A stretch of DNA of 64,000 bases from a bacterium (GCA_965249485.1 OZ252239.1:2912001-2976000), one strand, 5' to 3'; positions 29,801-40,568 are shown, counted from the stretch's first letter. Program-made: numbers and translations. Notes: a model not told the origin generated them from the letters alone.

Positions 29801-32213
29801 GGTAAAAATATAGAAGTGGCAAGAAAACCATTCATTCTTCCGCCAACATTTACATCGTTGTCTCTACCACCGGATACGATGTCAATAGCGTTTGCTCCAA
29901 ATCCTTGTTCTGATTCAATTTGATCTATCAGAAAATCGCTCCCCAATTTAATGAATAATGTGTCCAAACCACCGCGAAGTTCCGTACTGACTGAGAGAAA
30001 CAACCTGAGTTCAACCTTATGCGCAGCTGTGTCTGTATCTGTTGCCCTAGTAGTGGATACAAACGCGGCTTGAGAAGTCAGCAGGTTGTGCTGCAGTAAA
30101 CGGATGCCACGCCGCTGTATAATTCGCAAGACCCCAATCATTTGTTTTAATGTTGATCGGTGCAGTACTATTGTCACCAGTAGCAAGCAGTCCACCGCCT
30201 GCAGTCTGCACTTTTACTCTGATCGGGCTAAAGGTCCCCGCTGTCGGAAATATTCCAGACTCTGTAGGAATCGGATTCGTAAATGCGGGATTACTGACCC
30301 CTAATGTGGTATCACCAAGAATAATTTTCACATTTGAGTTTGCAGGAAAAGGGTCGGTAATGTCTTTTGTTACATTTGTCAACTGTAACGTAATTTCATT
30401 ATTTTGAATCGTCCCAGCTGCAGATGAGATTACAGCAATTGAATCTCCCATACCTACACCGGTATTTGTGAGATCGTTTTCATAGTTGCCGTCCCTATCT
30501 GTGTCGATGAGCACATGTACGGAATCAATAGAAGTGGCAGCAGTAAACTGTGAAGGAAGTGAAATCACAAACTGGGCGTCAAGCGGGATAAATGAAGATA
30601 CAGTAAATAACATAGAATCAATCGCGCTCGATTCTCCGGAATTTGAATCTGCTAATGCAAACACAGTAACAATACCGCCAGTTGCTGCAGCAATCCGATC
30701 ATCTTCAACATCGGTAACAAATGTTGATTGATCGGTAGTCCGCAACTGGATGACGACATCTGTTGCTTCTGCAAGATTCCTGATAAACCCAGTTGCAATA
30801 TTTAAAGAAATATCGGTATCAAAATCGAGTGAACCATCACCCTGTGGTACTATTACTATTTCTCCTGTTGTAGCACTTGCGCTGACAATATCAAATTTTG
30901 TAGTATCTGAGAAACTGCCCCCGGTAAATGTGTACACCTGATCTGAATCAGCATTGGCATCAACAGTAAAATCACCCGTATCAAATTTGAAAACGAGTGT
31001 ATCAACTACGCCATTTGCAACTAATCCTGCCGTATCGAGTCGAGTACTCACTTTAAATTGTATATCGAATGAAGTCAAATTTCCAGCCGTATTGTCATTA
31101 AATAAAAACACCGCCCTGTCCGGCATTCGCAGTGGATTGCGGAAACCAATTTGAGCGGATTAAGAAAGACTTTGTGTCGTCGGTTTTGTCAAGCGATATC
31201 GTATCTCCGTCAGCATCAAAAGTCATAACTGTATAACTTGTTGCATTATCGCTTAGAACAATACCATTGTCAAATCCATCCGTATAGGTAATGGTCTGAT
31301 TATTATTGGAAGCTGCACGGGAAAAAACAGTCGGATTATTAATAACTTTCCCAACACCGATTGCGGAACCAAGCTGAATAGTAACAACACTACCGTCAGC
31401 AATTGGGTTGGCATTATTGAGATCTATTCTCAAGGTTCTACCAGAGGCTGATACCGCATCTAACGTTACGACAACGCCATCGTCTTTAACAACAATTGTG
31501 TCTTTCTGAGCTGCAATATTGACGACAGAGGTGTTAAAAGAGAAACTATCTGGTAGAATCACATCAATTAAACCGTCTTTCGGGAACTGTCCGTTTGCCG
31601 TCAATGTAATCATAATCCAATTCGTGTTCTTTGAAAGAGAATCGGCCACGGTAATGGCTGAAATTGCATTGTCATTTGGAATACCAAACTGACTGTCAGT
31701 CTCATTGTCGGACGCAAATACCGGTTGATCCGATGTTCTGATATTAATGGTATAATCATCTGTAGAAGCAGCACCCTTTGTACCGCTGTTTGTCAGCACA
31801 TTACTGATAATTATCCGTAAGGAGTCTGACGGAACCAAACTGTTGTCTTCTACTAATGTGAGCCGGACAATCCCGGTCGATTCCGTAAAATCTGCACTGA
31901 AATCAGTGGAACCCATCTTCAGTTGAGCATCGCTGGAATAACCGAAGAATGTGTAGTTCGACTCTGTTTCAGCCGCAGATTCATCAACCTGAAAACTGCC
32001 AAGGTCAATTTCCATCCAGTTGCCGACGGTAAGCTGAGCTCCCACGCCAAGAATTACTTCAAGGGTTGCGTCAGATGCCTTACCGGTCGAATCATTCGAG
32101 AGGGTGATACCTGCACCATCTGCAAACCAATCAACCTGTGCATAAGGACTGGTTCCGAATATCATAATGACAGCCAATAAGGCTCCTATAACGACTATGG
32201 ATTTCGACCTCAT
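23814..32213 (-). CDS. Giant (~2800 aa) secreted S-layer/scaffoldin-like protein: T/D/S/G-rich beta repeats, cohesin-like, carboxypeptidase-regulatory-like, dockerin-like, cohesin-like, FlgD-Ig/T9SS-type CTD; split into 8 ORFs by 5 frameshifts and 2 in-frame stops
   Basis: AAGGAG RBS + ATG 32213 (MRSKSIVVIGALLAVIMIFGTSPYA|Q). Only the first piece has a signal peptide and only the last has a CTD. Junctions near 31100, 30075, 26870, 25770 and 25020 are repaired by single-base indels; in-frame stops at 26585 (TAA) and 25513 (TGA). Dockerin-like GDVSSG…DDRVDEDDI / GDINGDGAIDGVDI…NF at ~24573-24749; cohesin-like EFVVSVWAENVDDLFGYIYTLDFDP…GSGVITEVHFRAL. Confidence 0.78.
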
Positions 32214-32650
32214 CGTTAACTCCTTTTTTAGTGTGTTTTTTTTATTCAAAATTAAACTCTTGATTAATATTCTAAGTTATAGTTTTATTGTGTGCACAAC
32301 CCATACCAGACATAAAAATCCCCTTTGAAGCCGGGGCTCCACAATGGAAAATTTTGCTCTTTAGATTATGCAATATGGAAATACAGTAAAATAATAGCAA
32401 GGTCATCAATTCTGTCCTTACCTCCAGCTAAATTTGTGTATATTTAACAATCCACCTAAGGCGGATTCGATATGATTATCTACTGCATAAAACCGACCTG
32501 CGAATACGCACAGGTTCATTTGGCTTACTATGTTATCGTCAAGATTCATAAAAACTTTAAATGATTTATTGAATTTTTTTTCAATATTATTGTTAAACAT
32601 TACTCTCATACTTGTATAATGATGAAATTTTAATAAACAAAAAATGTTAT

Positions 32651-32665
32651 GCAAGTACTGTGCCA
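32651..32665 (-). promoter_or_regulatory. Sigma54 promoter of the giant surface-protein gene
   Basis: Minus strand TGGCAC-AGTAC-TTGC, about 440 nt upstream of ATG 32213; motif GGCAATTATTTCCC at 32731-32744 further upstream. Confidence 0.75.
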
Positions 32666-32788
32666 TGAAAAAAACGAGCCTAATATCACCTTAAATGTTC
32701 AACGTGCTCAGATATGTTTGCACATAATAAGGCAATTATTTCCCACTGAGTGTATTAAAACAGCCAATATATTCTAAATGTACAATGA

Positions 32789-35425
32789 TCAGGAAGAGTG
32801 AGATTGGTATTTTGAATGCTCAAAAAGAATATGTTTTAAATCAAAAAGTATTTGTATTGCTTCACGTGGAGTGAGTGATTCGGGGTCGATTTCAAATAGT
32901 ACCTTTCGTATCTTTGTGTTTTCCATATCAAATAGACTGATCTGGAAATTGTTTGATTGATTGTGAATGATTGAATCGCTGTCTGACCCACCTTTCAACG
33001 GGTTTATATTCATTGTCTCTAATGTGTCAAGTATTTCGCGTGCCCTTTCGATTATTGCCTGGGGTACGCCCGCCATTTGGGCAACATGTATACCATAACT
33101 GTGATCACTACTTCCCTGAATAATCTTGCGCAGAAAGACCACCGTATCTTTCCACTCTTTCACCTGCACATAATAATTCGCAATACGGGGCAAATGATGC
33201 GACAATGCCGTGATTTCATGATAATGTGTTGCAAAGAGTGTTTTCGCAGCAACAGATTGTTCGTTATGCAGATATTCTACAGTAGACCAGGCAATTGAAA
33301 GACCATCAAACGTACTGGTTCCTCTGCCAATTTCATCGAGCAGAAGGAGGCTCTTTGGAGTCGCATTGTTCAAGATATTTGCCAATTCTAACATTTCTAC
33401 TAAAAATGTGCTTTCTCCTCTACTGACATCATCATGCGCTCCAACTCTCGTGAATATTCTGTCAACAATACCAATTACAGCTTTACGAGCCGGTACAAAA
33501 CTGCCTATTTGGGCAAGAAGAACACAGAGTCCAATTTGACGTAGAAACGTTGATTTACCGGCCATGTTCGGCCCGGTAATTATATGAATCTGATCGTGTA
33601 AAACCGTAAAACTGTGGTCATTCGGAATAAACGGTTCGTCGGCAGGCAGTAGTTTTTCCACAACCGGGTGCCGTGATTCAATCAGTTCCAGATCATTACT
33701 ATCATTGATTGTCGGCTTACAGAATCCATTTTCCTGAGCTACATGTGCAAAACCACATAGCACATCGAGGCTTGCAATAATTCCCGCGTTCTTTTGTAGT
33801 ATCTGTGTTCTTTCAGCAATGGCCTGGCGCAGCGTATGAAAAAGGTCAAATTCTTTCTGCGCTATTTTTCCCTCAGCTGTGACGATCTGTTCTTCACGGC
33901 TTTTCATTTCCGGAGTAATAAAGCGTTCGGCATTAACAAGTGTCTGTTTTCGAATATAGTGTTCCGGTACTTTCGATTTATTAGAATTTGTGACTTCAAT
34001 GTAGTACCCGAATACTCTATTGTAATTGATTCGGAGAGAAGATATTCCTGTGACAATTCTTTCCTGTTCCTGAAGATCGAGTATCCACTGTTTTCCCCCG
34101 CGGGAAATTTTTCTGAGTTCATCAAGATCAACGTCATAACCGTCCCGAATAATGTTTCCCTCTGAAATAGATACAGGGGGATCATCAACAAGTGTCTCCT
34201 CTATCCGGTCGGCAATATCATCAAGAGGAATCAGCTCCTTTGTGAACATTTTTAATAAATTAGAATTGCACTCTTTCAAAGAGTCTCGAATTTCAGGTAT
34301 CAATCTCAGACTTTGGCCCAACCCTCTGACGTCTCGTGCATTTGCGCGCTGCGTATTTATTTTTGAAGTCAGCCGCTCAAGATCATTCATATCTTTCAAG
34401 GTAGTTTTTAATTGTTCTCTGAGGTTGATTTCGCCGTACAGTTCCTCGACTGCTTGATGTCGTTGCTGAATTGATTTTTTGTCTAAAAGTGGACGGAGTA
34501 TCCACGATTTTAAATACCGCGCACCCATTTTTGTACTGGTACTGTCGATTACTGATAAGAGACTTCCTTCTCTGTTGTTTTCATGCATTGGCGCGATAAT
34601 CTCAAGATTACGTCGTGTCGTATTGTCGAGAACCATATACTGCTCGAGATTCAGGACAGACAATTTTAATATATGACCGAGTTTTCCTTCCTGAATAGAG
34701 TGCAAATACTTAAGTGCGGCACCTGCAGCAGAGACACCTGCATGTAATTCTTCGCAGCCAAATCCTTTCAATGATACGGTTTTAAAATGTTCTGTCAATG
34801 TTGTATACGAGTAGTCATAACTAAAATAATAATCTTCAACTATAGTGAACAGTGGCTGATTTGTCCAGGTAATGAGACTTTTAATATGGTCGGACTGCTC
34901 AACCGGATAAATAATTTCCTGCGGATTGAGATTTTCCACCTGAGAAAGCAAAATATTCTTATTCCCCTCTGTCAGGAAAAATTCTCCTGTTGATATATCA
35001 ATGCCAGCCATACCAATGGTATCACCATCTGCAAAAAGCGAAACAAGATAGTTGTTTGAGCCGGCATCGATTACACTGTCAGAAGTCGCGGTTCCCGGAG
35101 TAACGACTTCCAGAACCGCCCGTTTGACAATCCCCTTTGCTTTTTTCGGATCTTCTACCTGTTCACAGACAGCGACTCTATAGCCCGCCTTGACCATTTT
35201 TGATAAATAAGTCTCGATACTATGGTGGGGAAATCCTGCAAGGGGGACATCCGCGCTTTTACCATGGGCACGGGACGTCAATGTCAGTCCTAATACATCC
35301 GATGCTATTTGAGCATCATCGTAGAACATTTCAAAAAAATCACCCATGCGAAAAAATAGTACAGTGCCGGGATATTTCTTTTTGATAGAGTGATACTGCT
35401 CCATCAGCGGTGTTGTTTTTTTCAT
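32789..35425 (-). CDS. mutS: DNA mismatch repair protein MutS
   Basis: TPLMEQY, FRMGDFFEMF, ITGPNMAGKSTFLRQ, ESTFLVEM, LLDEIGRGTST, FATHYHE, SYGIHVA; start at MKKTTP (35425). Confidence 0.98.
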   Translation of the reverse strand: MKKTTPLMEQYHSIKKKYPGTVLFFRMGDFFEMFYDDAQIASDVLGLTLTSRAHGKSADVPLAGFPHHSIETYLSKMVKAGYRVAVCEQVEDPKKAKGIVKRAVLEVVTPGTATSDSVIDAGSNNYLVSLFADGDTIGMAGIDISTGEFFLTEGNKNILLSQVENLNPQEIIYPVEQSDHIKSLITWTNQPLFTIVEDYYFSYDYSYTTLTEHFKTVSLKGFGCEELHAGVSAAGAALKYLHSIQEGKLGHILKLSVLNLEQYMVLDNTTRRNLEIIAPMHENNREGSLLSVIDSTSTKMGARYLKSWILRPLLDKKSIQQRHQAVEELYGEINLREQLKTTLKDMNDLERLTSKINTQRANARDVRGLGQSLRLIPEIRDSLKECNSNLLKMFTKELIPLDDIADRIEETLVDDPPVSISEGNIIRDGYDVDLDELRKISRGGKQWILDLQEQERIVTGISSLRINYNRVFGYYIEVTNSNKSKVPEHYIRKQTLVNAERFITPEMKSREEQIVTAEGKIAQKEFDLFHTLRQAIAERTQILQKNAGIIASLDVLCGFAHVAQENGFCKPTINDSNDLELIESRHPVVEKLLPADEPFIPNDHSFTVLHDQIHIITGPNMAGKSTFLRQIGLCVLLAQIGSFVPARKAVIGIVDRIFTRVGAHDDVSRGESTFLVEMLELANILNNATPKSLLLLDEIGRGTSTFDGLSIAWSTVEYLHNEQSVAAKTLFATHYHEITALSHHLPRIANYYVQVKEWKDTVVFLRKIIQGSSDHSYGIHVAQMAGVPQAIIERAREILDTLETMNINPLKGGSDSDSIIHNQSNNFQISLFDMENTKIRKVLFEIDPESLTPREAIQILFDLKHILFEHSKYQSHSS

Positions 35426-35571
35426 GGAAATCTTGTTAAATCTGGATGAGCAATGATCGGAATGCACGTATAAAGACAAAAGCAAGAATTATAGCACTAC
35501 TTTTATACATTTAATCATCATCTAATAACCAATTCAGGGAAAATTCATTTCGTACTTTTACAAAGTTATTG

Positions 35572-36288
35572 CTATTCTAAAGTAACAACAAAAATATCAG
35601 GTATCTGGAACCGGCCTCTGTACTCGTCCCTCATTTTGTCAGCTTCCCCGCGTGACACAAACTCACCTACCCAAATTTTATATAATATCCTGTTACCCAC
35701 ATTCTGCTGATGAATTGTCGATGAGGTCAATCCAAGATTTCGAAGGTATTCAAGCCGTGTCCGTGCACCGGTTTCATTACCAAACGCACCAAATTGAAGA
35801 GTAAATTGCGGTTCCTGATTTTCTTCTTCTGCCGGTATTACCTGAGTCATCATTGTTGACGATTGTGCAACTCGTTCTTGTAAACGGTATGCAGTTTCTC
35901 GTAACTCTGAATCAGGAAATAGTGTTAAAAAACGGTCAACATTTTCTCCAAATGTCTGGTACAAACCTTTTGCATAGAAATATTGACACATACGCCAAAG
36001 AGCTTTTTCAACTAAAGGATTATCGAGTAACAGATCATCCATTGAACTGTACAGCGTAAACGCCTGCTCACCGTCTCCTTCTAAGAGGGCATTCAATAAT
36101 ATGTATTCCGGTTGATTATAATGGGTGCTTTCTAATGCAGATAAAGTATTTCGGACAGCATCAAATCGTCCATTGTTGAAATCCTGTAACGCACTGTATA
36201 AATCTTGTGCAAAGAGGTTGGTACTTATAAACGTTGCAATAATAAATGAAAACATTACCGGAGCAAAATTTGGTAATTTACGTACCAT
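35572..36288 (-). CDS. Exported TPR-like + SPOR peptidoglycan-binding domain protein
   Basis: Signal peptide; helical region with FPDS; C-terminal FTLQFGAFGNETGA…LYKIWVGEFVSRGEA (SPOR). Confidence 0.75.
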   Translation of the reverse strand: MVRKLPNFAPVMFSFIIATFISTNLFAQDLYSALQDFNNGRFDAVRNTLSALESTHYNQPEYILLNALLEGDGEQAFTLYSSMDDLLLDNPLVEKALWRMCQYFYAKGLYQTFGENVDRFLTLFPDSELRETAYRLQERVAQSSTMMTQVIPAEEENQEPQFTLQFGAFGNETGARTRLEYLRNLGLTSSTIHQQNVGNRILYKIWVGEFVSRGEADKMRDEYRGRFQIPDIFVVTLE

Positions 36289-36341
36289 TGTTCATATATT
36301 TCAGTTAGAAGGATATGGCTTTTATGCTCAAAATATACACA

Positions 36342-37505
36342 TTAAAAATCAAAGGCATCCCATTTCTCACAGGAAGGGCATTGAATCAAAATGTTTGTAG
36401 TTGCGAATTGGCAATATCTGCACAGGTATGAAGTTGAATCAGTAACCATTTCAGCGAGCGACAATGCCTTTTCTTTAATAACCTGTATATCTTCAGAATT
36501 ATTCAGATACATAATGAGATTTTTCAGACCATCCGCCGAATTCGGATTAATCTTCAAGCCACGCTCAGTCAACTCAAGGGCTTTTTCTCGCTCACCTTTT
36601 TTGAAATATAATTCACCTAACCGGAGGAGAGCAAGAAAATTATCGGTATCTTTTTCTATTATGGAAGAATAAAATCCTTCCATTGCATTATAGTTTCCCG
36701 AATCAAAATATGCCGCATTAATATAATCGAAAACGAGATACGATTTTTGCGGGACTGTATCGGCAAACTCTTTCCAGACTTTTAATGCATCTTCCTGGCG
36801 CTTTTCCCGTGCATAAGCATCACCAAGATAGAGATAGGCGGCGGGAAAATCTCTGTCGAGTTTTATTGCCTCTTTAAAAATTATTCGGGCATCGTGATAC
36901 TCTCCCTTGTTGACAAGGTTCAATCCGTAAGCAATTTTATAGAGTGCCAGCTTATGATTTATTTCGGTAGAATTTATTGCATTCGATTGGAGATATTTAA
37001 AAGCATTTTTAAAATCTTTCTTGTATTCATAAATTGTTGGTTGAATTTCAAGTGCCCATGCATTCTTAACATCAAGTTCTAATAACTTATCACAGTATCG
37101 AAGTGCATCATTATATAGATTGAGTTCAATATAATCACTGATAATGTTTCGGTAGATCTCAATCAACTGATTGTCAGAAAGTCCGGACCGGATAGTCAAT
37201 TCTTTATGAATTTTCAAAGCTTGTTGAGGAGAATTCTGAATTCTGCAGAGCATCCCAAGCTTTATATAAGCGTCAATATTGTTTGTATCAAACCTTACGG
37301 CAGCCTTCAATAAATTCATTGCACGATTGTTATTTCCGGCAATAAGTTCATTTAATGCATCCACATATGCATTGGATTTTTTTAAATGGAGAGTACGATT
37401 ACGGTTAAATTTAATGCGGAAAACAATGAGCAAGAATACAACAATTAAAAATACTCCTCCAATACTATAGTAAAGTGAAATATCCTCAAGACCAAACACA
37501 TTCAT
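36342..37505 (-). CDS. lapB: Lipopolysaccharide assembly protein B
   Basis: N-terminal TM helix, TPR array (ALKIHKEL), C-terminal rubredoxin CRYC…CPSC-x-x-W; directly after lapA. Confidence 0.88.
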   Translation of the reverse strand: MNVFGLEDISLYYSIGGVFLIVVFLLIVFRIKFNRNRTLHLKKSNAYVDALNELIAGNNNRAMNLLKAAVRFDTNNIDAYIKLGMLCRIQNSPQQALKIHKELTIRSGLSDNQLIEIYRNIISDYIELNLYNDALRYCDKLLELDVKNAWALEIQPTIYEYKKDFKNAFKYLQSNAINSTEINHKLALYKIAYGLNLVNKGEYHDARIIFKEAIKLDRDFPAAYLYLGDAYAREKRQEDALKVWKEFADTVPQKSYLVFDYINAAYFDSGNYNAMEGFYSSIIEKDTDNFLALLRLGELYFKKGEREKALELTERGLKINPNSADGLKNLIMYLNNSEDIQVIKEKALSLAEMVTDSTSYLCRYCQFATTNILIQCPSCEKWDAFDF

Positions 37506-37834
37506 TATTCATCTTCCTTATCACGATTCCCATCTTCATCAATCGAAATATTTCTTAAATCACTGAGTTCTTTCTGAAACCGGCTGTTATCTCTCTTAAG
37601 CTGTCTGATTTCTTTTTTGTTGCTGATAAATTGTACTATTGCAACAGGAAACCAAGCGAGTGTGCCAAGAATCAACGCCACAAACAAAGCCATAAAAAGA
37701 CGTGTTTCAATCTGGTAATTCCAAAAAGTGAATGTTACCATAGTGATCATTTGATCAATATTTAGCCAACCGACGATAAGTGCAAAAATAATGAGCAAAA
37801 GTGCTAAAATCCATCGAAATACCCACATATACAC
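37505..37834 (-). CDS. lapA: Lipopolysaccharide assembly protein A (LapA domain)
   Basis: Two TM helices plus coiled coil ending KELSDLRNISI; upstream of lapB. Confidence 0.8.
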   Translation of the reverse strand: MYMWVFRWILALLLIIFALIVGWLNIDQMITMVTFTFWNYQIETRLFMALFVALILGTLAWFPVAIVQFISNKKEIRQLKRDNSRFQKELSDLRNISIDEDGNRDKEDE

Positions 37835-37913
37835 TCCAGAGGTTTTGTTATTCTAATGAAATAATTTTCGTACGTAGTAAGTACGGTTTTATTGTATTGA
37901 AATGCAACAGAAA

Positions 37914-39236
37914 TCAAGAATTCACTTCGTTGTCATTGAGCACTCGTACAAATGAACCCAATAATGTTTGACTTGAAGCCGCATTTATTTTCGCAACACA
38001 GAATGTACCGACCGGTAGATCGATGTCGGGTATTATGACATTTTTATTGCCGTCGGTTTTACCGAGTACATCTTTCGGAGACCTTTTGCTTGTTGTTTCA
38101 ACCATAACTGTAACTTCTTTGCCGATATAATTTTGATTTTTTCTGGCAGTAATATCCCGCTGGAGCGCGCATAATTCGTTCAATCGGCGCTTTTTCACCA
38201 TTTCATCTACCGTATCTTCCATTAAATGTGCAGGGGTCCCGTCCCGCGCAGAAAATTTAAATGTGTACGCTCCATCGAATACTACATGTTGCACTAATTC
38301 AAGTGTTTTTTGATGATCATCTTCTGATTCACCGGGATATCCCGATATAATATCTGTAGTTATACAGATATCGGGGATTTCGAGTTTCATAAGATCAATA
38401 ATATTAAGATAATGTTGTGCAGTATATTCGCGTCCCATAATTTCAAGTACTCTATCGGAACCCGACTGAACTGGCAAGTGCACATGTGAGCACACATTGT
38501 GCTTCTTTGCTATAATGTGGACAAGTTTTTCAGAGATATTTTTTGGGTGCGATGTTGTAAACCTTACCCTCATGATTCCCGGAACGTCACTGACCATCGT
38601 AAGAAGTTCAGGAAAATCAACATCCTCATTCTTGTAGGAGTTCACATTTTGACCTAACAACGTAACTTCCTTGAATCCCTCTGCGACAAGCCCTTCAACT
38701 TCCTTGACGATACTGTCAGCACTCCGTGACCGTTCCCTGCCCCGAGTAAAGGGTACTATACAATAGGTGCAATCATGATCGCATCCCCGTGATATAGCCA
38801 AAAATGCTGTGGCGCCTTCTTTTCTGAGAGGTGGTATATCATCATAATTTTCAAGAGGATTTTCCAATTCCACAAATGACCTGTTTGGAAGGTTTTGCAG
38901 CAATTTTGGTAAGTTCCTGTATGCATCAGGTCCCAGAATCAGGTCAAGTGCTGGAAGGGAATCTTGTAATTCTAAACCTACCCTTTGACCGAGGCAACCC
39001 ATAAGACCAACAATTAAGTCTTTTCTTTTCCTTTTACGTGCTAAGACTTGTTGAAGATAACCAAGTGCACGTTGGTCCGCATGTTCACGTATCGTACACC
39101 CCGTAACAAGGATGACATCTGCGCTTTCCTCATTCTCAGCTATGGTATAACCGTTACTCGTTAGTATACCCGAAGCAAGCTGAGAATCATACACATTCAT
39201 CTGACAGCCGTATGTTCTTATAAAGACTGAACCCAT
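37914..39236 (-). CDS. miaB: tRNA-2-methylthio-N6-dimethylallyladenosine synthase
   Basis: TYGCQMNVYDS, C-x3-C-x2-C (CDHDCTYC), IVPFTRGRERSR, LLGQNVNSY, RFTTSHP, TRAM domain. Confidence 0.95.
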   Translation of the reverse strand: MGSVFIRTYGCQMNVYDSQLASGILTSNGYTIAENEESADVILVTGCTIREHADQRALGYLQQVLARKRKRKDLIVGLMGCLGQRVGLELQDSLPALDLILGPDAYRNLPKLLQNLPNRSFVELENPLENYDDIPPLRKEGATAFLAISRGCDHDCTYCIVPFTRGRERSRSADSIVKEVEGLVAEGFKEVTLLGQNVNSYKNEDVDFPELLTMVSDVPGIMRVRFTTSHPKNISEKLVHIIAKKHNVCSHVHLPVQSGSDRVLEIMGREYTAQHYLNIIDLMKLEIPDICITTDIISGYPGESEDDHQKTLELVQHVVFDGAYTFKFSARDGTPAHLMEDTVDEMVKKRRLNELCALQRDITARKNQNYIGKEVTVMVETTSKRSPKDVLGKTDGNKNVIIPDIDLPVGTFCVAKINAASSQTLLGSFVRVLNDNEVNS

Positions 39237-40568
39237 TTATATATATTCCTGTATTTCAGGTTTAATAGTATAGTTATTCGATACCTGACAGCCGGAAAGG
39301 ACCATACCTTTTTTCTCTGTGAGCAAAACATGCTCAAGAGCATTGCCCTTTTTGACAGTGCTGCTCTGGACTCTGGTATAATTCCTTGTAAATCCTTCAA
39401 ACATGCCATTTTTTTGCTTTGTTTCAAACAACACTTCTGCACACGTTCCGATTTGTCTGTTTAGGAATTGATCTTTCTTATTCAGGCCTACTCGTTGAAG
39501 CTCTCTGCTTCTGCTACGGGTAATTTCAGGATGTATTGCAGGCCCAATTTCCGGAGCTTTGGTACCGGATCTGGGCGAATAACGGAAAACATGGAGATAG
39601 GTAATTGGTAATGATTCGATAAACGACAATGATTCTTCAAAGTGTTTCTCCGATTCTTCGGGAAAACCAACCATTACATCAGCTCCTACCGCAGCATCGG
39701 GACAATATTTGCCGATCCAATCTAAAACTCTCCCATATTGCTTTTTCAGATATCTTCGTTTCATCATATTCAAAACATCGTTCGAACCACTTTGCAGCGG
39801 CACATGAAAGTGCCGGCACATGTCATCTGAATCGGCAACAAATTTGACAAGATCTTCCGAAAAACAATTTGGTTCTATGGACGTTAAACGAATACGCGGA
39901 ACATCGTCAATTGCTACAATACTGTCCAGTAGATTAAGGAGAGTATTCCCGACCTCATCCTTATACTCACCCAGATTAACCGCTGTAAGCACAATTTCAA
40001 GATAACCTGCATCCCGTATTTCCCGTATCCGGTCCAGGACATCATTAATTGGTCTGCTAATACTGGGACCGCGGACCTGGGGTATTATGCAGTACGTGCA
40101 TGAATACGAACAACCGTCTTGCACCTTCAAAAATGCACGGGTTCGCTTCGTGCCGTATGCCATGTCTTTTTCGGACTCGAATGGGTTGGTAGAAAAATCG
40201 GTGCGGATGATCGGCTCGGATACACAAGAATTATTATTAAGATGATCAAAAATTGACATCTTCTCACTGTTTCCGAGAATAAGATCGACACCGGGAATTG
40301 CAGCAATTGTTTGTGGGTCCGCTTGTGCATAGCACCCTATTACCGCGATGAGTGCTTCAGGGGATCGGTTTTTGGCCTGCCGGATCACCTGCCTGCACTG
40401 CGCATCAGCTTGATGCGTAACAGTACAGGTGTTGATCACATATATATCACTCGGTTCCAGAAAATCGACAACAGCAAGTCCTCGCTTTTGAAACGTTGCT
40501 GCTAACACATCCGACTCAGCCGAATTGACTTTACAGCCGAGTGTATAAAAAGCAACTTTTTTTGCCAT
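39237..40568 (-). CDS. mtaB: tRNA threonylcarbamoyladenosine methylthiotransferase
   Basis: TLGCKVN, NTCTVT, RTRAFLKVQDGC-x3-C-x2-C, RLTSIEP, HVFRYSPRSGT. Confidence 0.93.
   Translation of the reverse strand: MAKKVAFYTLGCKVNSAESDVLAATFQKRGLAVVDFLEPSDIYVINTCTVTHQADAQCRQVIRQAKNRSPEALIAVIGCYAQADPQTIAAIPGVDLILGNSEKMSIFDHLNNNSCVSEPIIRTDFSTNPFESEKDMAYGTKRTRAFLKVQDGCSYSCTYCIIPQVRGPSISRPINDVLDRIREIRDAGYLEIVLTAVNLGEYKDEVGNTLLNLLDSIVAIDDVPRIRLTSIEPNCFSEDLVKFVADSDDMCRHFHVPLQSGSNDVLNMMKRRYLKKQYGRVLDWIGKYCPDAAVGADVMVGFPEESEKHFEESLSFIESLPITYLHVFRYSPRSGTKAPEIGPAIHPEITRSRSRELQRVGLNKKDQFLNRQIGTCAEVLFETKQKNGMFEGFTRNYTRVQSSTVKKGNALEHVLLTEKKGMVLSGCQVSNNYTIKPEIQEYI

Noticed and set aside
23814..32213. A true cellulosome scaffoldin
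   Set aside because: No CBM, glycoside hydrolase or SLH/sortase anchor is recognisable, and there are only two cohesin-like domains.
32418..32666. 82-aa ORF upstream of the giant gene
   Set aside because: Its start lies inside the sigma54 -24 box, it has no RBS and it reads like AT-rich leader sequence.
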